Positions 29,063 to 38,635 of a DNA stretch of 64,000 nt are shown here, one piece after another. A program made the position numbers and the translations under genes. Source of the DNA: a virus (Duplodnaviria; Caudoviricetes); the IMG/VR virus record IMGVR_UViG_3300006654_000661, positions 2,206 to 66,205 of that record; one strand, written 5' to 3'. Below the pieces are notes generated by a model. That model was not told where the DNA came from and searched no databases. It worked only from the letters and a program-made list of their open reading frames with translations. Position 1 is the first letter of the stretch; the number at the start of each line of letters is the position of its first letter.

Positions 29063-31044
29063 TGTGGCGGCTGGCCTTGTGCGGCTTGCTGCTGTGCGGC
29101 TGCCACTTCATTCATTAGCTTTTGGCGCAATTCATCTTCGGTAGGCACAAAACGATTAGCCGGTAAATCTGCGGCTTTCGCTGCGCTTTCTAGCAATACT
29201 CTTCGACCTTCTTGACCAATGATTTGCATATCTACTGGATTGTTAGTGGTGGCTAGGAACTCAGCTTGACGCATTGCCGTGGCTTCTTTGTGCATTAGCG
29301 CATCAGAGCCACGCGCTTTCACTTGCGCATCACCTTTGATTTCTTCAGGCACATCGGGATCAATCATGGCGCTGGTGTAAAGATTAGAAACAAGGGGCTC
29401 AATAACGTGAATATCTACGCCTCGTACCACTTCTTTCATGGACTTGCTGGCCGCATTCATCAGCATAGATAAACCGGATGCGGTTTTACCTGCGCCTGCT
29501 GCTTGGTCTGAACCATACGCATAAGCAGGAATACCGCTCTTATCATCGGCGTAACGCTCAAAGCGCTCATACACACTAAGCAACTCATTAGCTTTAATGT
29601 CAGGACTAAAGAAGTTGATACCGGGCTTACTTTGCCCTGCACCGTTTACGCCTTTGCTACTGAATTGCCATATCTTGCCTGGGTAAATGCTAGTAATGTT
29701 TGCGCCCTGTGGTATCTGTGCCAAATCGATAGCCACTTGAGGTTGCGCACCAATGGCCATGTTATTAATCAGGGCTCGCATTGTGGCGTTAGCTGAATCC
29801 TGAATGTCAGCAATAATCTCGGCTAGTGCTTCACCGCAAAATGAATTAGGCAAACTTCTGAATGTTGACTTGTAATAGCCAGGCTTGCCGTTAGGGTCAG
29901 GGTTGACCGTAGCTTTAATGGTGTAGTTACCCACGACAACAACGGTGACAGGGTACTCGGTGTAAGGATCATCTATTTGATGTTCGATACCCCAGTCTAT
30001 TAACTGCTTGCCCTGCATCCATCCGGTGAACTCTAAACCGTCTATGTTTTCATAGTTTGAATGCGTAAAGCTTCGCTTGCCTTCTAATCGTTCGCGCTCT
30101 GAATCATTAAACACCCACTGGCGTAGGCCATGGCGATAATCATTCAATGCCATCATGATATTTCTACCGTTATAGCCTTTAGAGCCTCGCATCGATGTCA
30201 GCGTTGAAGGTGTAAACCTCACATGCTCAATGTGCCAGTGATCACCGATATTAGTAGTTGACGGTGAAGGGTAGAAATCAAACGGGCTCACGCGTCTAAA
30301 TTGACGGACCAACTTATCTTCAATCTTTGGTGCATGTTTACCGGTGCGATTATCCTTAGCCCACTTAACACGCTTTTGTACGCGATAGATTGGGCCTTTA
30401 AGAATGGCGAATGGATAAGTCACCAAATCATCTAAGAACGCATCAAACTCGTCACGGAAACCGCCTTCAACCATCATATCTTCAATGTGGTCGGCCATTT
30501 TTTCCATGCGTGCCGCGGCTTCTTCGTTAATTTCTGACTTAATGCGCTCTCCGTGCTGTTGTAGCACCTGTTCAGACATTGCCATGACTTCACGCGGGTC
30601 GCCTGCCGTTTGCATTGCGTTTTGAATAGCGATGGCAATCATGCTTTGTGCAATTTCTGGCGGCAATTCAGGAACCGGTGTGGCTTCAATGTGAAAGGGG
30701 CGGTCATTACTGGACGCAAACAAGTCACTGAGCCAAGCTTTTGCGGCATGTATCTTGGTGCCGGTCAGGTTCATATAAATTGAACTGCCACCTTGGGCTT
30801 TTATTTCTGATAGCTTGCGAGCGGAATACTCGCCCTTACGTCTGCGTAGGCATTCCGTTAGCCGGTCTGAAATATCCATTTTGTGGTTTTTGGCCGTAGC
30901 CCAACATTTAAGAACATGCTGCGCCAAGTTGTCAGTAATGCGGGAGCTTTGCACCTCGCGATCAGCTTTAATCTTTTCTTCTTTGGCTTCTGTCTGTTCT
31001 CTTTGTAGCTGATCAGCGCCTTTAACTTCCAACATTATGCCCAA
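29059..31044 (-). CDS. Portal protein
   Basis: 661 aa after TerL; RVSPFDFYPSP, TASGLSMLM motifs of P22-like portals. Confidence 0.88.
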   Translation of the reverse strand: MGIMLEVKGADQLQREQTEAKEEKIKADREVQSSRITDNLAQHVLKCWATAKNHKMDISDRLTECLRRRKGEYSARKLSEIKAQGGSSIYMNLTGTKIHAAKAWLSDLFASSNDRPFHIEATPVPELPPEIAQSMIAIAIQNAMQTAGDPREVMAMSEQVLQQHGERIKSEINEEAAARMEKMADHIEDMMVEGGFRDEFDAFLDDLVTYPFAILKGPIYRVQKRVKWAKDNRTGKHAPKIEDKLVRQFRRVSPFDFYPSPSTTNIGDHWHIEHVRFTPSTLTSMRGSKGYNGRNIMMALNDYRHGLRQWVFNDSERERLEGKRSFTHSNYENIDGLEFTGWMQGKQLIDWGIEHQIDDPYTEYPVTVVVVGNYTIKATVNPDPNGKPGYYKSTFRSLPNSFCGEALAEIIADIQDSANATMRALINNMAIGAQPQVAIDLAQIPQGANITSIYPGKIWQFSSKGVNGAGQSKPGINFFSPDIKANELLSVYERFERYADDKSGIPAYAYGSDQAAGAGKTASGLSMLMNAASKSMKEVVRGVDIHVIEPLVSNLYTSAMIDPDVPEEIKGDAQVKARGSDALMHKEATAMRQAEFLATTNNPVDMQIIGQEGRRVLLESAAKAADLPANRFVPTEDELRQKLMNEVAAAQQQAAQGQPPQ

Positions 31045-32549
31045 CCTCCTGAACTCTGTACTTGGACTTCTGCAAAGCCAGTGTGAAATGATTCGTTCAT
31101 GCGTTCTCTTATTTCGTTTAGCGCTACGGCAAATGTTCTAAATGCGTCTGACGAGTGACTTGCTTCATCGTGTACCGGTTGTGACTTCCATACGCCGTGC
31201 TTATCATCCCAATCTTTTCGGTAAGCAGATAAACCAGAGAAACCTTTTTCTGTCTTAACTTCATCAAACCAACACAAGGGAAGCACTGTTCTCACCGCTT
31301 CAATGCCATCGGCAATGGATAATTTAGGCGCAGTAATAAAGTCGATACCTAATGATTGAGCCGTTTCTAGTCGAGATTTACCCGTACCTAGCTCTCTAAC
31401 AGCAATATCATGCGGCGCTACGTGAAATCCGTAGTTGTATCGAAGCTTCTCCCTCAGTTCATCAAGCACAGACTTGTAGAATGCGAGCCCTTCACCGGAG
31501 TTTTGATAGTAATTGATGACGCGATACTCACGCCCGACCTGCTGGATAAACCAAATACACATCGTATCCGACATACCCAAATCCCAAAACGTGTGAACTA
31601 AAGCGCTTGGCTCTAGTGGTACGCTGGTTAGTCGGCCATCAGAATAAATGTCATTAATCTGGCGATGGTAGTAAGCGCCTTCAATGGACTGTTCGAAAGC
31701 CTCTTCCGGTGTAGCAGGATATTCACGGCGAATATCTGCACCAAGCGACTTCTCTTTTGAGGTGTACCAAGCCAACTGGCCATTGGTTAAGCGTATTGCG
31801 TATTTCTGCTCAAGCTGCTCTTTGTACTCAAGCAACCTATCAGGAACAATAACGCTTTCACCTTCGAGCGTGTAATCAGGGTTTTCATGCCAGGGGAAGA
31901 AAAACAATTCCCACTCCATTTGCCCAGGCTCCATACCTTTACGCTGCCGGTTCAATGCTTCTTGGCAATAATCGTAGAAGTAACCCACTTTCCCTTCGGC
32001 GGTAGATTCGATAGTGATAACACAATCTTTTGAAACCGCTTCAAACGCACCGGTAACAATCTCTTTTGCTTTATGTGGGTACTTGGCGCAGATTTTACCG
32101 AACTCACTGATATGCAAATACGTGAGCGTTCCACCACGAAACGAGGTGCCTACTGCAATAGAAGAGCCGTTAACGAAAACTAATTCACCGGCCCTTGCTA
32201 TTTCCGCTGGCATCATCCCTCGAATGGTTGGCGGTAATGCGTTATACGCAAACTCTATCTTTTCACGGAAGAGTCTTATCGAATCGTCACGGCTATGCGT
32301 GATAACGGCGCACTTTGTATTGTTGTTAAACAAGCACGCGTCTAACATAAATATCATTGTGAAAGTCGTGAAGCCAAGCTGCCTGGCTTTCAGAATAATA
32401 TTTCGGTAGTGCATCCCTTCGAAGAACACCATTTGCGCTTCGTTGAGCTTAAACTTTATCTTCTTACCGTTTTTATCAGTAATGAAGTACAGGTTATTGA
32501 TGCGCCAACGCCAATTACTGAGGTTAGCTTTTAGTTCTTCCTCAGTCAT
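31035..32549 (-). CDS. terL: Terminase large subunit
   Basis: ILKARQLGFTT Walker A, LHISEFG Walker B, ESTAEG, WDLGMSD nuclease motif. Confidence 0.95.
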   Translation of the reverse strand: MTEEELKANLSNWRWRINNLYFITDKNGKKIKFKLNEAQMVFFEGMHYRNIILKARQLGFTTFTMIFMLDACLFNNNTKCAVITHSRDDSIRLFREKIEFAYNALPPTIRGMMPAEIARAGELVFVNGSSIAVGTSFRGGTLTYLHISEFGKICAKYPHKAKEIVTGAFEAVSKDCVITIESTAEGKVGYFYDYCQEALNRQRKGMEPGQMEWELFFFPWHENPDYTLEGESVIVPDRLLEYKEQLEQKYAIRLTNGQLAWYTSKEKSLGADIRREYPATPEEAFEQSIEGAYYHRQINDIYSDGRLTSVPLEPSALVHTFWDLGMSDTMCIWFIQQVGREYRVINYYQNSGEGLAFYKSVLDELREKLRYNYGFHVAPHDIAVRELGTGKSRLETAQSLGIDFITAPKLSIADGIEAVRTVLPLCWFDEVKTEKGFSGLSAYRKDWDDKHGVWKSQPVHDEASHSSDAFRTFAVALNEIRERMNESFHTGFAEVQVQSSGGWA

Positions 32550-32618
32550 TTTGAATCAATATCCACTTTTTGAGATAAAACCCCGTACATTTTCCAATGA
32601 AACGGAATAGTTATTTAA

Positions 32619-33173
32619 TTACTTTGCATGTTTAGGCAAAACTGAGCGCGTTTCGCCATTACTTTCTGATATTTCAGCAATGAGATTATTAACAGTTAAC
32701 TCGCCTTCTATCTCACGTTTCTCTTTAAACGCTTGAACATCGATGTGCTTACCAAGTAACTCAAGGTTCTTTACTTTGTCTGGCCATTTGATTTTGCGAA
32801 GTACAGTTTTGACCTCGCCCATCATTAACTCTTGAATATCGAGGCCCGAAATTGTTCTACGCCACGTTTTAGGCCACTGCGTAATAGCCTTGATATGACC
32901 GCTATCATCCAAAATATCAGCAACGTCCATTTCATCAATTTCAATAAGACGCTTAAGCACATAATCGGCATTGACTTCGTTCTTTTCGAGCCTTTTATTT
33001 TGCGCTTTTGATATGGCATCTTGAATATTAGGTTTTCTGAGGTTTTCGTTACCTGTCTCGCAAGCGGTCTTTTTACTGTAACCGGCGCGTATAGCTGCCT
33101 GTGTTGCGTTTAAATCGACAAGGTACTCACTGACAAACAATTCTTGTTTTTTTGTCAGCTTCTTAATAGTCAT
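32619..33173 (-). CDS. terS: Terminase small subunit
   Basis: LTKKQELFVSEYLVDLNATQAAIRAGYS; start re-called at 33173. Confidence 0.92.
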   Translation of the reverse strand: MTIKKLTKKQELFVSEYLVDLNATQAAIRAGYSKKTACETGNENLRKPNIQDAISKAQNKRLEKNEVNADYVLKRLIEIDEMDVADILDDSGHIKAITQWPKTWRRTISGLDIQELMMGEVKTVLRKIKWPDKVKNLELLGKHIDVQAFKEKREIEGELTVNNLIAEISESNGETRSVLPKHAK

Positions 33174-33181
33174 TTGATTCT

Positions 33182-33469
33182 CTATGCCACGTTGCCGCTT
33201 AAAGCACGCTGCCCATCTTGGGGCGCTCCGCGCTCGAACGTATATGAAGTGAAGTTGTTTTGTTGTAGCCAAGCTTTGATTGCAACTCTCACTTTGAATG
33301 AGTAGTTACCATAAGCGTTAGTGAGTCTTGCTTTACCTTGGCCGTTGTGTGAAACGTTGACAGTAAAAAGGCGCTTTGCTCGTTGTGGGCTGTATACCCT
33401 GAGCGTAGCGCCTGTTAATTCGGATTCGACTTCTAGACCATCCGCAGTGATTACGGTGGTGAATGCCAC
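33182..33469 (-). CDS. Hypothetical protein
   Basis: 95 aa ORF between holin and terS, RBS upstream. Confidence 0.5.
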   Translation of the reverse strand: MAFTTVITADGLEVESELTGATLRVYSPQRAKRLFTVNVSHNGQGKARLTNAYGNYSFKVRVAIKAWLQQNNFTSYTFERGAPQDGQRALSGNVA

Positions 33470-33471
33470 GT

Positions 33472-33744
33472 TTAGCCCTCTTTGCTCTCCGCCATTGTGC
33501 GGATAGTGATTTCATGAAGCTCTTGTTTTCTTCGCTCGTCTGCCAGCTTATATCTATCGTCACGCTTCTTGAAGTAGTAGTTAAGACATAGGCCAGCAGC
33601 ACCAATCAACATACCGAAAATTATGCCGAACTCTTGAGAGGCGAGAAATCCCCAAAATGCTGAGATACCGCCCCCAATGTAGGTCGTTATAGATGATTTG
33701 TCGGCCATTTCTTGATTAAATTCGTGTTGGTAGTGAGTGTTCAT
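33472..33744 (-). CDS. Holin (HP1/phage 21-like)
   Basis: Hydrophobic segments then NYYFKKRDDR basic tail. Confidence 0.7.
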   Translation of the reverse strand: MNTHYQHEFNQEMADKSSITTYIGGGISAFWGFLASQEFGIIFGMLIGAAGLCLNYYFKKRDDRYKLADERRKQELHEITIRTMAESKEG

Positions 33745-33815
33745 GCTGTTGCCCTTTTTGTGGTTTCAACAACATGGTTATTCAAATATCGTTCCATTGG
33801 GTATTAGACAAAAGT

Positions 33816-34331
33816 TTAACTTTTCTTATTGAATGCCAATAGATTGCGTTTACCTATCTCTCTCAACCCTGCGTAAGCGGTAGGTAGAGTAAGGAACGCG
33901 CCCAATATTGTTAAGTCTGCTGACTCGGTAATAAATACGTAGACGATACCGGCGATTAGTGAAGCCGTTGCGTGAAGTGGACGAACATATTTCACGGCAC
34001 CTTCTGCATTATCGCCATTGCGTATGGTTTGCTGTGTCTCTGAATGGCTACGCTGTTTATCTTGAAGTTCTAGCGCCATCACAGATTCAAGGTGCCTGTT
34101 TACTTCCGCTTCGCGTGCTGCGGCTATTTCTTCTAGCCTTGCCATCGCTTCAGGGTCATTTTGCAGTGTCGCTAATGCTTTATCGGGGTTTGTCGTGCCA
34201 GTAGCTTGAGCAACCATTGAAGCGCCAGCGCTTACCGCACCAACCACGTTACCGGTTAGTAGTGAACCAACTAGACCGGCTACGCCTGTTTTGTTTTCGC
34301 TTAGGAACCCACCTACGTCTGACCAATTCAT
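33816..34331 (-). CDS. Second holin-like membrane protein (3TM-holin-like)
   Basis: Start re-called at MNWSDV (34331); YVRP followed by two TM helices and YAGLREIGK. Confidence 0.6.
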   Translation of the reverse strand: MNWSDVGGFLSENKTGVAGLVGSLLTGNVVGAVSAGASMVAQATGTTNPDKALATLQNDPEAMARLEEIAAAREAEVNRHLESVMALELQDKQRSHSETQQTIRNGDNAEGAVKYVRPLHATASLIAGIVYVFITESADLTILGAFLTLPTAYAGLREIGKRNLLAFNKKS

Positions 34332-34435
34332 TAATCCCATACTCCAACCGGCGAATCCCATAACTCATCACTGACCTTGATGAAATCATAACCTTCTTCG
34401 CTGCAAACCCTATCTGTCCAGCCATCAATTCTCAT
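34331..34435 (-). CDS. Small 34-aa hypothetical protein
   Basis: MRIDGWTDRV...VGVWD; its stop overlaps the next ATG. Confidence 0.4.
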   Translation of the reverse strand: MRIDGWTDRVCSEEGYDFIKVSDELWDSPVGVWD

Positions 34436-34444
34436 TTTCTCACC

Positions 34445-34873
34445 CTATGGCTTATACAATTCGAAGTGTGGCAAGTCGAGAAACCTTTCATCGCGGCTTC
34501 TACCGTCCATATCCCAATCACCACCCCACCGTAGTAAGTGGGTAATTTTCTTTTCAGCATAAAGCTGACGAGCAATACACATTACGTGACCAGCGAATAC
34601 AGCAAATGCTAATTCGTCTTTCCAGTCTGTATTTGTTAGCTCAATGAAGTAAGGGCCGGCATCTATAGCAAGTGAGGGGGTTTTATTGTGTTTCGAATCA
34701 GGCCAGCGCAATTGGCTTAACTTATCGGCGTAGGCCTTGTTTTGTTCTTTCTCGCCGCGATGGCCGCAGAAGATAGACGCGTTAATAACCTTTTTTACTT
34801 CGTTGAATATAACCTGTATATCAACATGGCACGTATCAAGACGCGCTTGTGAAGTTTTGCCATAAGGAAACAT
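34445..34873 (-). CDS. Endolysin, M15-family (L-Ala-D-Glu-type) peptidase
   Basis: GHR..EQ, SKHN..PSLAID, RWGGDW, DLPHFEL. Confidence 0.9.
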   Translation of the reverse strand: MFPYGKTSQARLDTCHVDIQVIFNEVKKVINASIFCGHRGEKEQNKAYADKLSQLRWPDSKHNKTPSLAIDAGPYFIELTNTDWKDELAFAVFAGHVMCIARQLYAEKKITHLLRWGGDWDMDGRSRDERFLDLPHFELYKP

Positions 34874-34887
34874 AAAATTCAGCCATA

Positions 34888-34919
34888 AAAAAAGCCCCGA
34901 CTGGTAAGGTCAGGGCTTT
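34888..34919 (-). terminator. tR'-like terminator between late promoter and lysis genes
   Basis: Minus strand aaagccctgacc..agtcggggcttttttt. Confidence 0.75.
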
Positions 34920-34934
34920 GTGTGAGGTAACGCG

Positions 34935-34974
34935 AGTATGGTTATATTCTATGCAAAGCTCGGTAATGAGTCAA
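34935..34974 (-). promoter_or_regulatory. Late promoter pR' with qut-like elements
   Basis: TTGACT-17bp-TAGAAT followed by -10-like CATACT; downstream of the Q-like gene, upstream of terminator and endolysin. Confidence 0.7.
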
Positions 34975-35110
34975 CTACTGTATTTCCCTCTTTCAATTAA
35001 AAATAAATGCGAAAACCAACAACTCTAAAGAGATAATATTTATTGCTATTGATAAGTTGAGTAACCGGCCAGTTTTGCGAGACTCCCTTACAAGTTCTTC
35101 AAGCTCTTGC

Positions 35111-35299
35111 TCATTCATCTTGATCATCCGCTCTCGCGTTCCAAGCCTTAACAATTTTCTCTTTATCTCTATGCGGTGACATTAATACAGGGCATCCAGT
35201 ACAGCCAATCATGCTTCTTAACAAACCCTGAACAATGCCCGTTTCCATTCCCGCTTCGCTGCCGCAGAATGGGCAAGGCTTTAATTTCTGCTCACTCAT
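35111..35299 (-). CDS. Lar-family restriction alleviation protein
   Basis: LKPCPFCG...CTGC...AWNAR. Confidence 0.8.
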   Translation of the reverse strand: MSEQKLKPCPFCGSEAGMETGIVQGLLRSMIGCTGCPVLMSPHRDKEKIVKAWNARADDQDE

Positions 35300-35823
35300 G
35301 CCGCTTCATCCTCTCTCATTGCTGCGCTTACGTGACTTAATGCTGAACTGTTCCAGTCAAATAACTGCTGAAGTATCGCATTGTAGGCATCTTCTATCTT
35401 AGCCGGAAGCTTATTGCCCTTAATACCCAGCCTACGGCAAATCTCGCTTTTACTGGTTGGTTTAAGTTCTTGCTCGCCGGTCTTGCGATTTAGACGCATG
35501 ATTGGCTTTTGAATCTCTTTGATAGCGCAATTGATTAGCTTGGCTACTGACACATCAGGTAAATCAATCTCTTTCTCTACCATTACGCCCATAACGCCTG
35601 CTTTAACGTGAACGCGTGAGCTTCTATCATCAGCATAAAGCAACCTGGCTAAGTAGTAGGCATGGCGATTTAGCTTATTACCCGTATCAGGGTGAGCCAT
35701 TGCCAGAGCCCCAGCCACCTCATTTACATCAGGAGCCGTACCACTAAACCCCATACCGTCTATTTGCTTTGACTTTGTTGTCATTCTACCTATATCTCTG
35801 ATTGGGTGTGCCATAGTTTTCAC
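35296..35823 (-). CDS. Putative late antiterminator (Q-like)
   Basis: Position after ninG and before late promoter; EVAGALAM and C-terminal HTH-like segment. Confidence 0.6.
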   Translation of the reverse strand: MKTMAHPIRDIGRMTTKSKQIDGMGFSGTAPDVNEVAGALAMAHPDTGNKLNRHAYYLARLLYADDRSSRVHVKAGVMGVMVEKEIDLPDVSVAKLINCAIKEIQKPIMRLNRKTGEQELKPTSKSEICRRLGIKGNKLPAKIEDAYNAILQQLFDWNSSALSHVSAAMREDEAA

Positions 35824-35837
35824 CTTTAGCGCACGGC

Positions 35838-36407
35838 TTATGCCGCTTTTTGTTTCTGCATTTCGCGAACTCGCTTGCGATAATGCACCTTTATTTCTTT
35901 AATCTGTTCTATTGTGTAGCGCTTGGGTTCGTGTGGACCTTCAAGCCACTCCACTTTCTCTAATCCGATTTTCTCAATGAGATTAATGCGGTACTTAATT
36001 AAGTTGCCCGATAGATGGTTATTGCAGGGCGCACATTGCTTATGATTATTTAGCGGTTCAAAGCGTAATTCTGGCGAGCTTCCCACACTTCGGTAGTGAC
36101 CGGCATGGTACTGGCCAGTGTGAAACTTACCGCAACTGATACAAGGCTCTTCCGCATCACGCAGCCGGATATAGGCGTTGAATGCCGTTTGTGCCTCTCT
36201 AAGATGCTCGCCCTTTGTTTTAAGGCTCTCTTTCTTTGCCTTGTGGATTTTCGATTCAATCTGCCTTCCCTTCTTAGCCAGTTTGGAAACGTTAGCTGCT
36301 GCCCACTCTGCAAAGCAGTTGGTACCGCAAAAGGCTTTTAGCTGCCTTAGTAGCATTTCCTCTTGTGGGCCTTTCTTTTTGCAGTGTGAGCAACGTCTAT
36401 TTTTCAC
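35838..36407 (-). CDS. ninG: NinG/Rap recombination endonuclease
   Basis: AFNAYIRLRD..PCISCG, AGHYRS, HKQCAPCNNHLSGN. Confidence 0.92.
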   Translation of the reverse strand: MKNRRCSHCKKKGPQEEMLLRQLKAFCGTNCFAEWAAANVSKLAKKGRQIESKIHKAKKESLKTKGEHLREAQTAFNAYIRLRDAEEPCISCGKFHTGQYHAGHYRSVGSSPELRFEPLNNHKQCAPCNNHLSGNLIKYRINLIEKIGLEKVEWLEGPHEPKRYTIEQIKEIKVHYRKRVREMQKQKAA

Positions 36408-36786
36408 GATTGCGGCCCCTCGCTAGTGATGACCAAACGGCCGAATGGTGGCGAGGCCATAGGTTCGGTGCGCACCCTTCACACAAGCAGTCAGCATTAA
36501 GGAAAAACTTCTTTGCGCATTCTGTTGCTGGATAGTGCTTAACCTCACCTGGTCCAATCTTTAAAACAGGTGAATCTATTTCGTGAATCATCCCTGGGTG
36601 GTAATGCTTTACCGGCTCTTCTCTCACGATGAGTTGGTCAACTTCGGAGTAGCACAGATAGTGCAATTTAATCGGCCGTTGCTGTCGCTCTACCAGCACG
36701 CCGTTAACCCTTGCCGAATTAACAATAAACTTTTCATCGCTACCTACAGGTATCGCATAACAAACCGTTCTTGTTGGTGTAATCAA
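36397..36786 (-). CDS. Hypothetical protein
   Basis: ORF between coupled neighbours; TTG start at 36786 overlaps upstream stop. Confidence 0.55.
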   Translation of the reverse strand: MITPTRTVCYAIPVGSDEKFIVNSARVNGVLVERQQRPIKLHYLCYSEVDQLIVREEPVKHYHPGMIHEIDSPVLKIGPGEVKHYPATECAKKFFLNADCLCEGCAPNLWPRHHSAVWSSLARGRNREK

Positions 36787-37253
36787 ACCTTTTCCTCCAT
36801 GATTGCGGAGCCTGAAAACTTCCATTGAACGCGCAAGCCAGATTTCTCAATAATTTGCTTAGTTTCAGTGATAATCCTTTTCAGTCTTTCGTTTTCATTA
36901 CTGGCTGCGGCCAACTCTCTTTGTGCTGACAAGGAGCGCTCCAATTGATTAACCAACTGACGAACTTCAGTGTTTTGTTTTGCAATATCTTTTAGAGCCT
37001 CAATCTCACGCTTAATCTTTTCCTCCCTCTCCCACCAACAAGTAATAATTGGGAAAGAATGTGAATAATTAAGGTGATGAACAAGGCCAGGGGTGCGCGT
37101 TCTTACGTCTAAGGTGTAATGCCCCTTATTTAACAGTGCGCGAACCTCATTGCGATACGCATCGCCAGCATCACGATAAGCTTTAGCGTGTCTAATCTTC
37201 TCGTCTACCTGCTCATACTCTTCAAGCGGCATAGTTATTGTTTTTTCGCTCAC
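36783..37253 (-). CDS. Hypothetical coiled-coil protein
   Basis: GTG start at 37253 overlaps stop of the NinB-like gene. Confidence 0.55.
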   Translation of the reverse strand: MSEKTITMPLEEYEQVDEKIRHAKAYRDAGDAYRNEVRALLNKGHYTLDVRTRTPGLVHHLNYSHSFPIITCWWEREEKIKREIEALKDIAKQNTEVRQLVNQLERSLSAQRELAAASNENERLKRIITETKQIIEKSGLRVQWKFSGSAIMEEKV

Positions 37254-37684
37254 TGTCTTGCCCCCATATTCTCTTTGCATGGCCACGGCACAAAGATACC
37301 TGCTCGCTCTCCAAATATTTTATTAATTGAATCGCTCACTACAACGCACTCACTGGAACTCATGCTTGACGTTGACTTCTTACCTGTAACAGCCTCAGTT
37401 ATTGGATGAATAACCAACGCTTTAAAGGCTGAGCCGGTCCATGGAACATCAGGCTTTTTCATGGTTTCGTTAATCACGTGCCTGACATCAAAACCCATTT
37501 CATTTAGCTTTGATGCGTACCATTCAGACCAAAGGTGTAGAGAATTATTTTGTAACCGACTGCGCTGCTTCTCGTTCGTTGTTTGAATCATTAACCACTT
37601 GTCTCGCTGCCAGTTTTCGCGCAACTCTTGAATGGCGGCGTCTAGTGACTGTTGACTGTTGATAACGCGAAATTGACCTTTCAC
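37250..37684 (-). CDS. NinB-like protein
   Basis: QRSRLQNNSLHLW and KKSTSSMS motifs. Confidence 0.7.
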   Translation of the reverse strand: MKGQFRVINSQQSLDAAIQELRENWQRDKWLMIQTTNEKQRSRLQNNSLHLWSEWYASKLNEMGFDVRHVINETMKKPDVPWTGSAFKALVIHPITEAVTGKKSTSSMSSSECVVVSDSINKIFGERAGIFVPWPCKENMGARQ

Positions 37685-37860
37685 AATTCCAACTCCTTCC
37701 ACATTTTCTCGAAGTGGTCCTTTTCAGAAAGTGCTAATGCGCTGAAGGCTTTCTTTTCCTCAGCTTTACGCGCTGCATTCATGCGACCTTTCATTTCAGG
37801 GCTTTGGCTTTCTTGCTTACCCTTTGGTGGGCGTAACCAGTTAGTGCAAGGCTGTGTCAT
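37681..37860 (-). CDS. 59-aa hypothetical protein (not in ORF track)
   Basis: MTQPCTNWLRPPKG...WKELEL, coupled at both ends. Confidence 0.55.
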   Translation of the reverse strand: MTQPCTNWLRPPKGKQESQSPEMKGRMNAARKAEEKKAFSALALSEKDHFEKMWKELEL

Positions 37861-38381
37861 GCGGCCACCTCCAATGCGTTTACCTTCCCTTTGCTTAATA
37901 GCGTTTCGCGGGTTACAAAAGACACATAACCGGCACCTATTCGGTGTGGGTCAAATACGAAAATTGCAGAACCTTTGTTGTTACCGGATTGAGGCTTGCC
38001 ATTTTTAAGGAATGCCAAGCGGCCTTCGGTAACAAACCGGATTTCGCTAGCGTACTGGGCGGCCAAGCTGAACCATTTCACTGATGGGTCGCACATAACG
38101 AGCATTACAGTGCCACGGCCAGCGGCTTGAGCTTCAATTGCTTTAACCACCCATGGTAAAATTTTGCTGTAAGGGGGATTGCACCAAAGATAAGAAGCAT
38201 ATCCAGCCCCAAACATTGACCCGGCTATACCCCAGTCTTGGACTAGCGCATTTTGGTCGATGGTCCAATATTCAGCACACTTTGCTGTTTCATCTTCTGC
38301 GCAAACATCAAAGCCAAAACCAAATTCCATATCTAACGCGTTAAACACCTCTGGCGGTGTACTCCATAAATCATTAGACAT
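37857..38381 (-). CDS. Phage DNA N6-adenine methyltransferase
   Basis: DLWSTP, FGFDVCA, WCNPPYS, GRLAF motifs. Confidence 0.9.
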   Translation of the reverse strand: MSNDLWSTPPEVFNALDMEFGFGFDVCAEDETAKCAEYWTIDQNALVQDWGIAGSMFGAGYASYLWCNPPYSKILPWVVKAIEAQAAGRGTVMLVMCDPSVKWFSLAAQYASEIRFVTEGRLAFLKNGKPQSGNNKGSAIFVFDPHRIGAGYVSFVTRETLLSKGKVNALEVAA

Positions 38382-38635
38382 TACGCGGCACTCCTTTCAC
38401 GAATAGCCATAAAGCTTTTGAAAACACTGGTGCGGCGGTACTTCTGCATGTTTTCGCATATTTCGACAAAACCCTTTTTCTTAAGCGCTTTCAAGTGGTC
38501 CATAGCGCAATTAGGGTTTACGCCAAAATGTTCACCAATGATGGTTATCGATGGAAAGTTGTCATTTTCAGCAATGAATTTATCAATGAAATTCATGTAC
38601 TCGATTTGCTTACCGGTTGGTTCGATGTTTTTCAC
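38381..38635 (-). CDS. LexA-type DNA-binding domain protein
   Basis: PTGKQ..FI..FPSITIIGEHFG...HLKALKKKGF. Confidence 0.75.
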   Translation of the reverse strand: MKNIEPTGKQIEYMNFIDKFIAENDNFPSITIIGEHFGVNPNCAMDHLKALKKKGFVEICENMQKYRRTSVFKSFMAIRERSAA

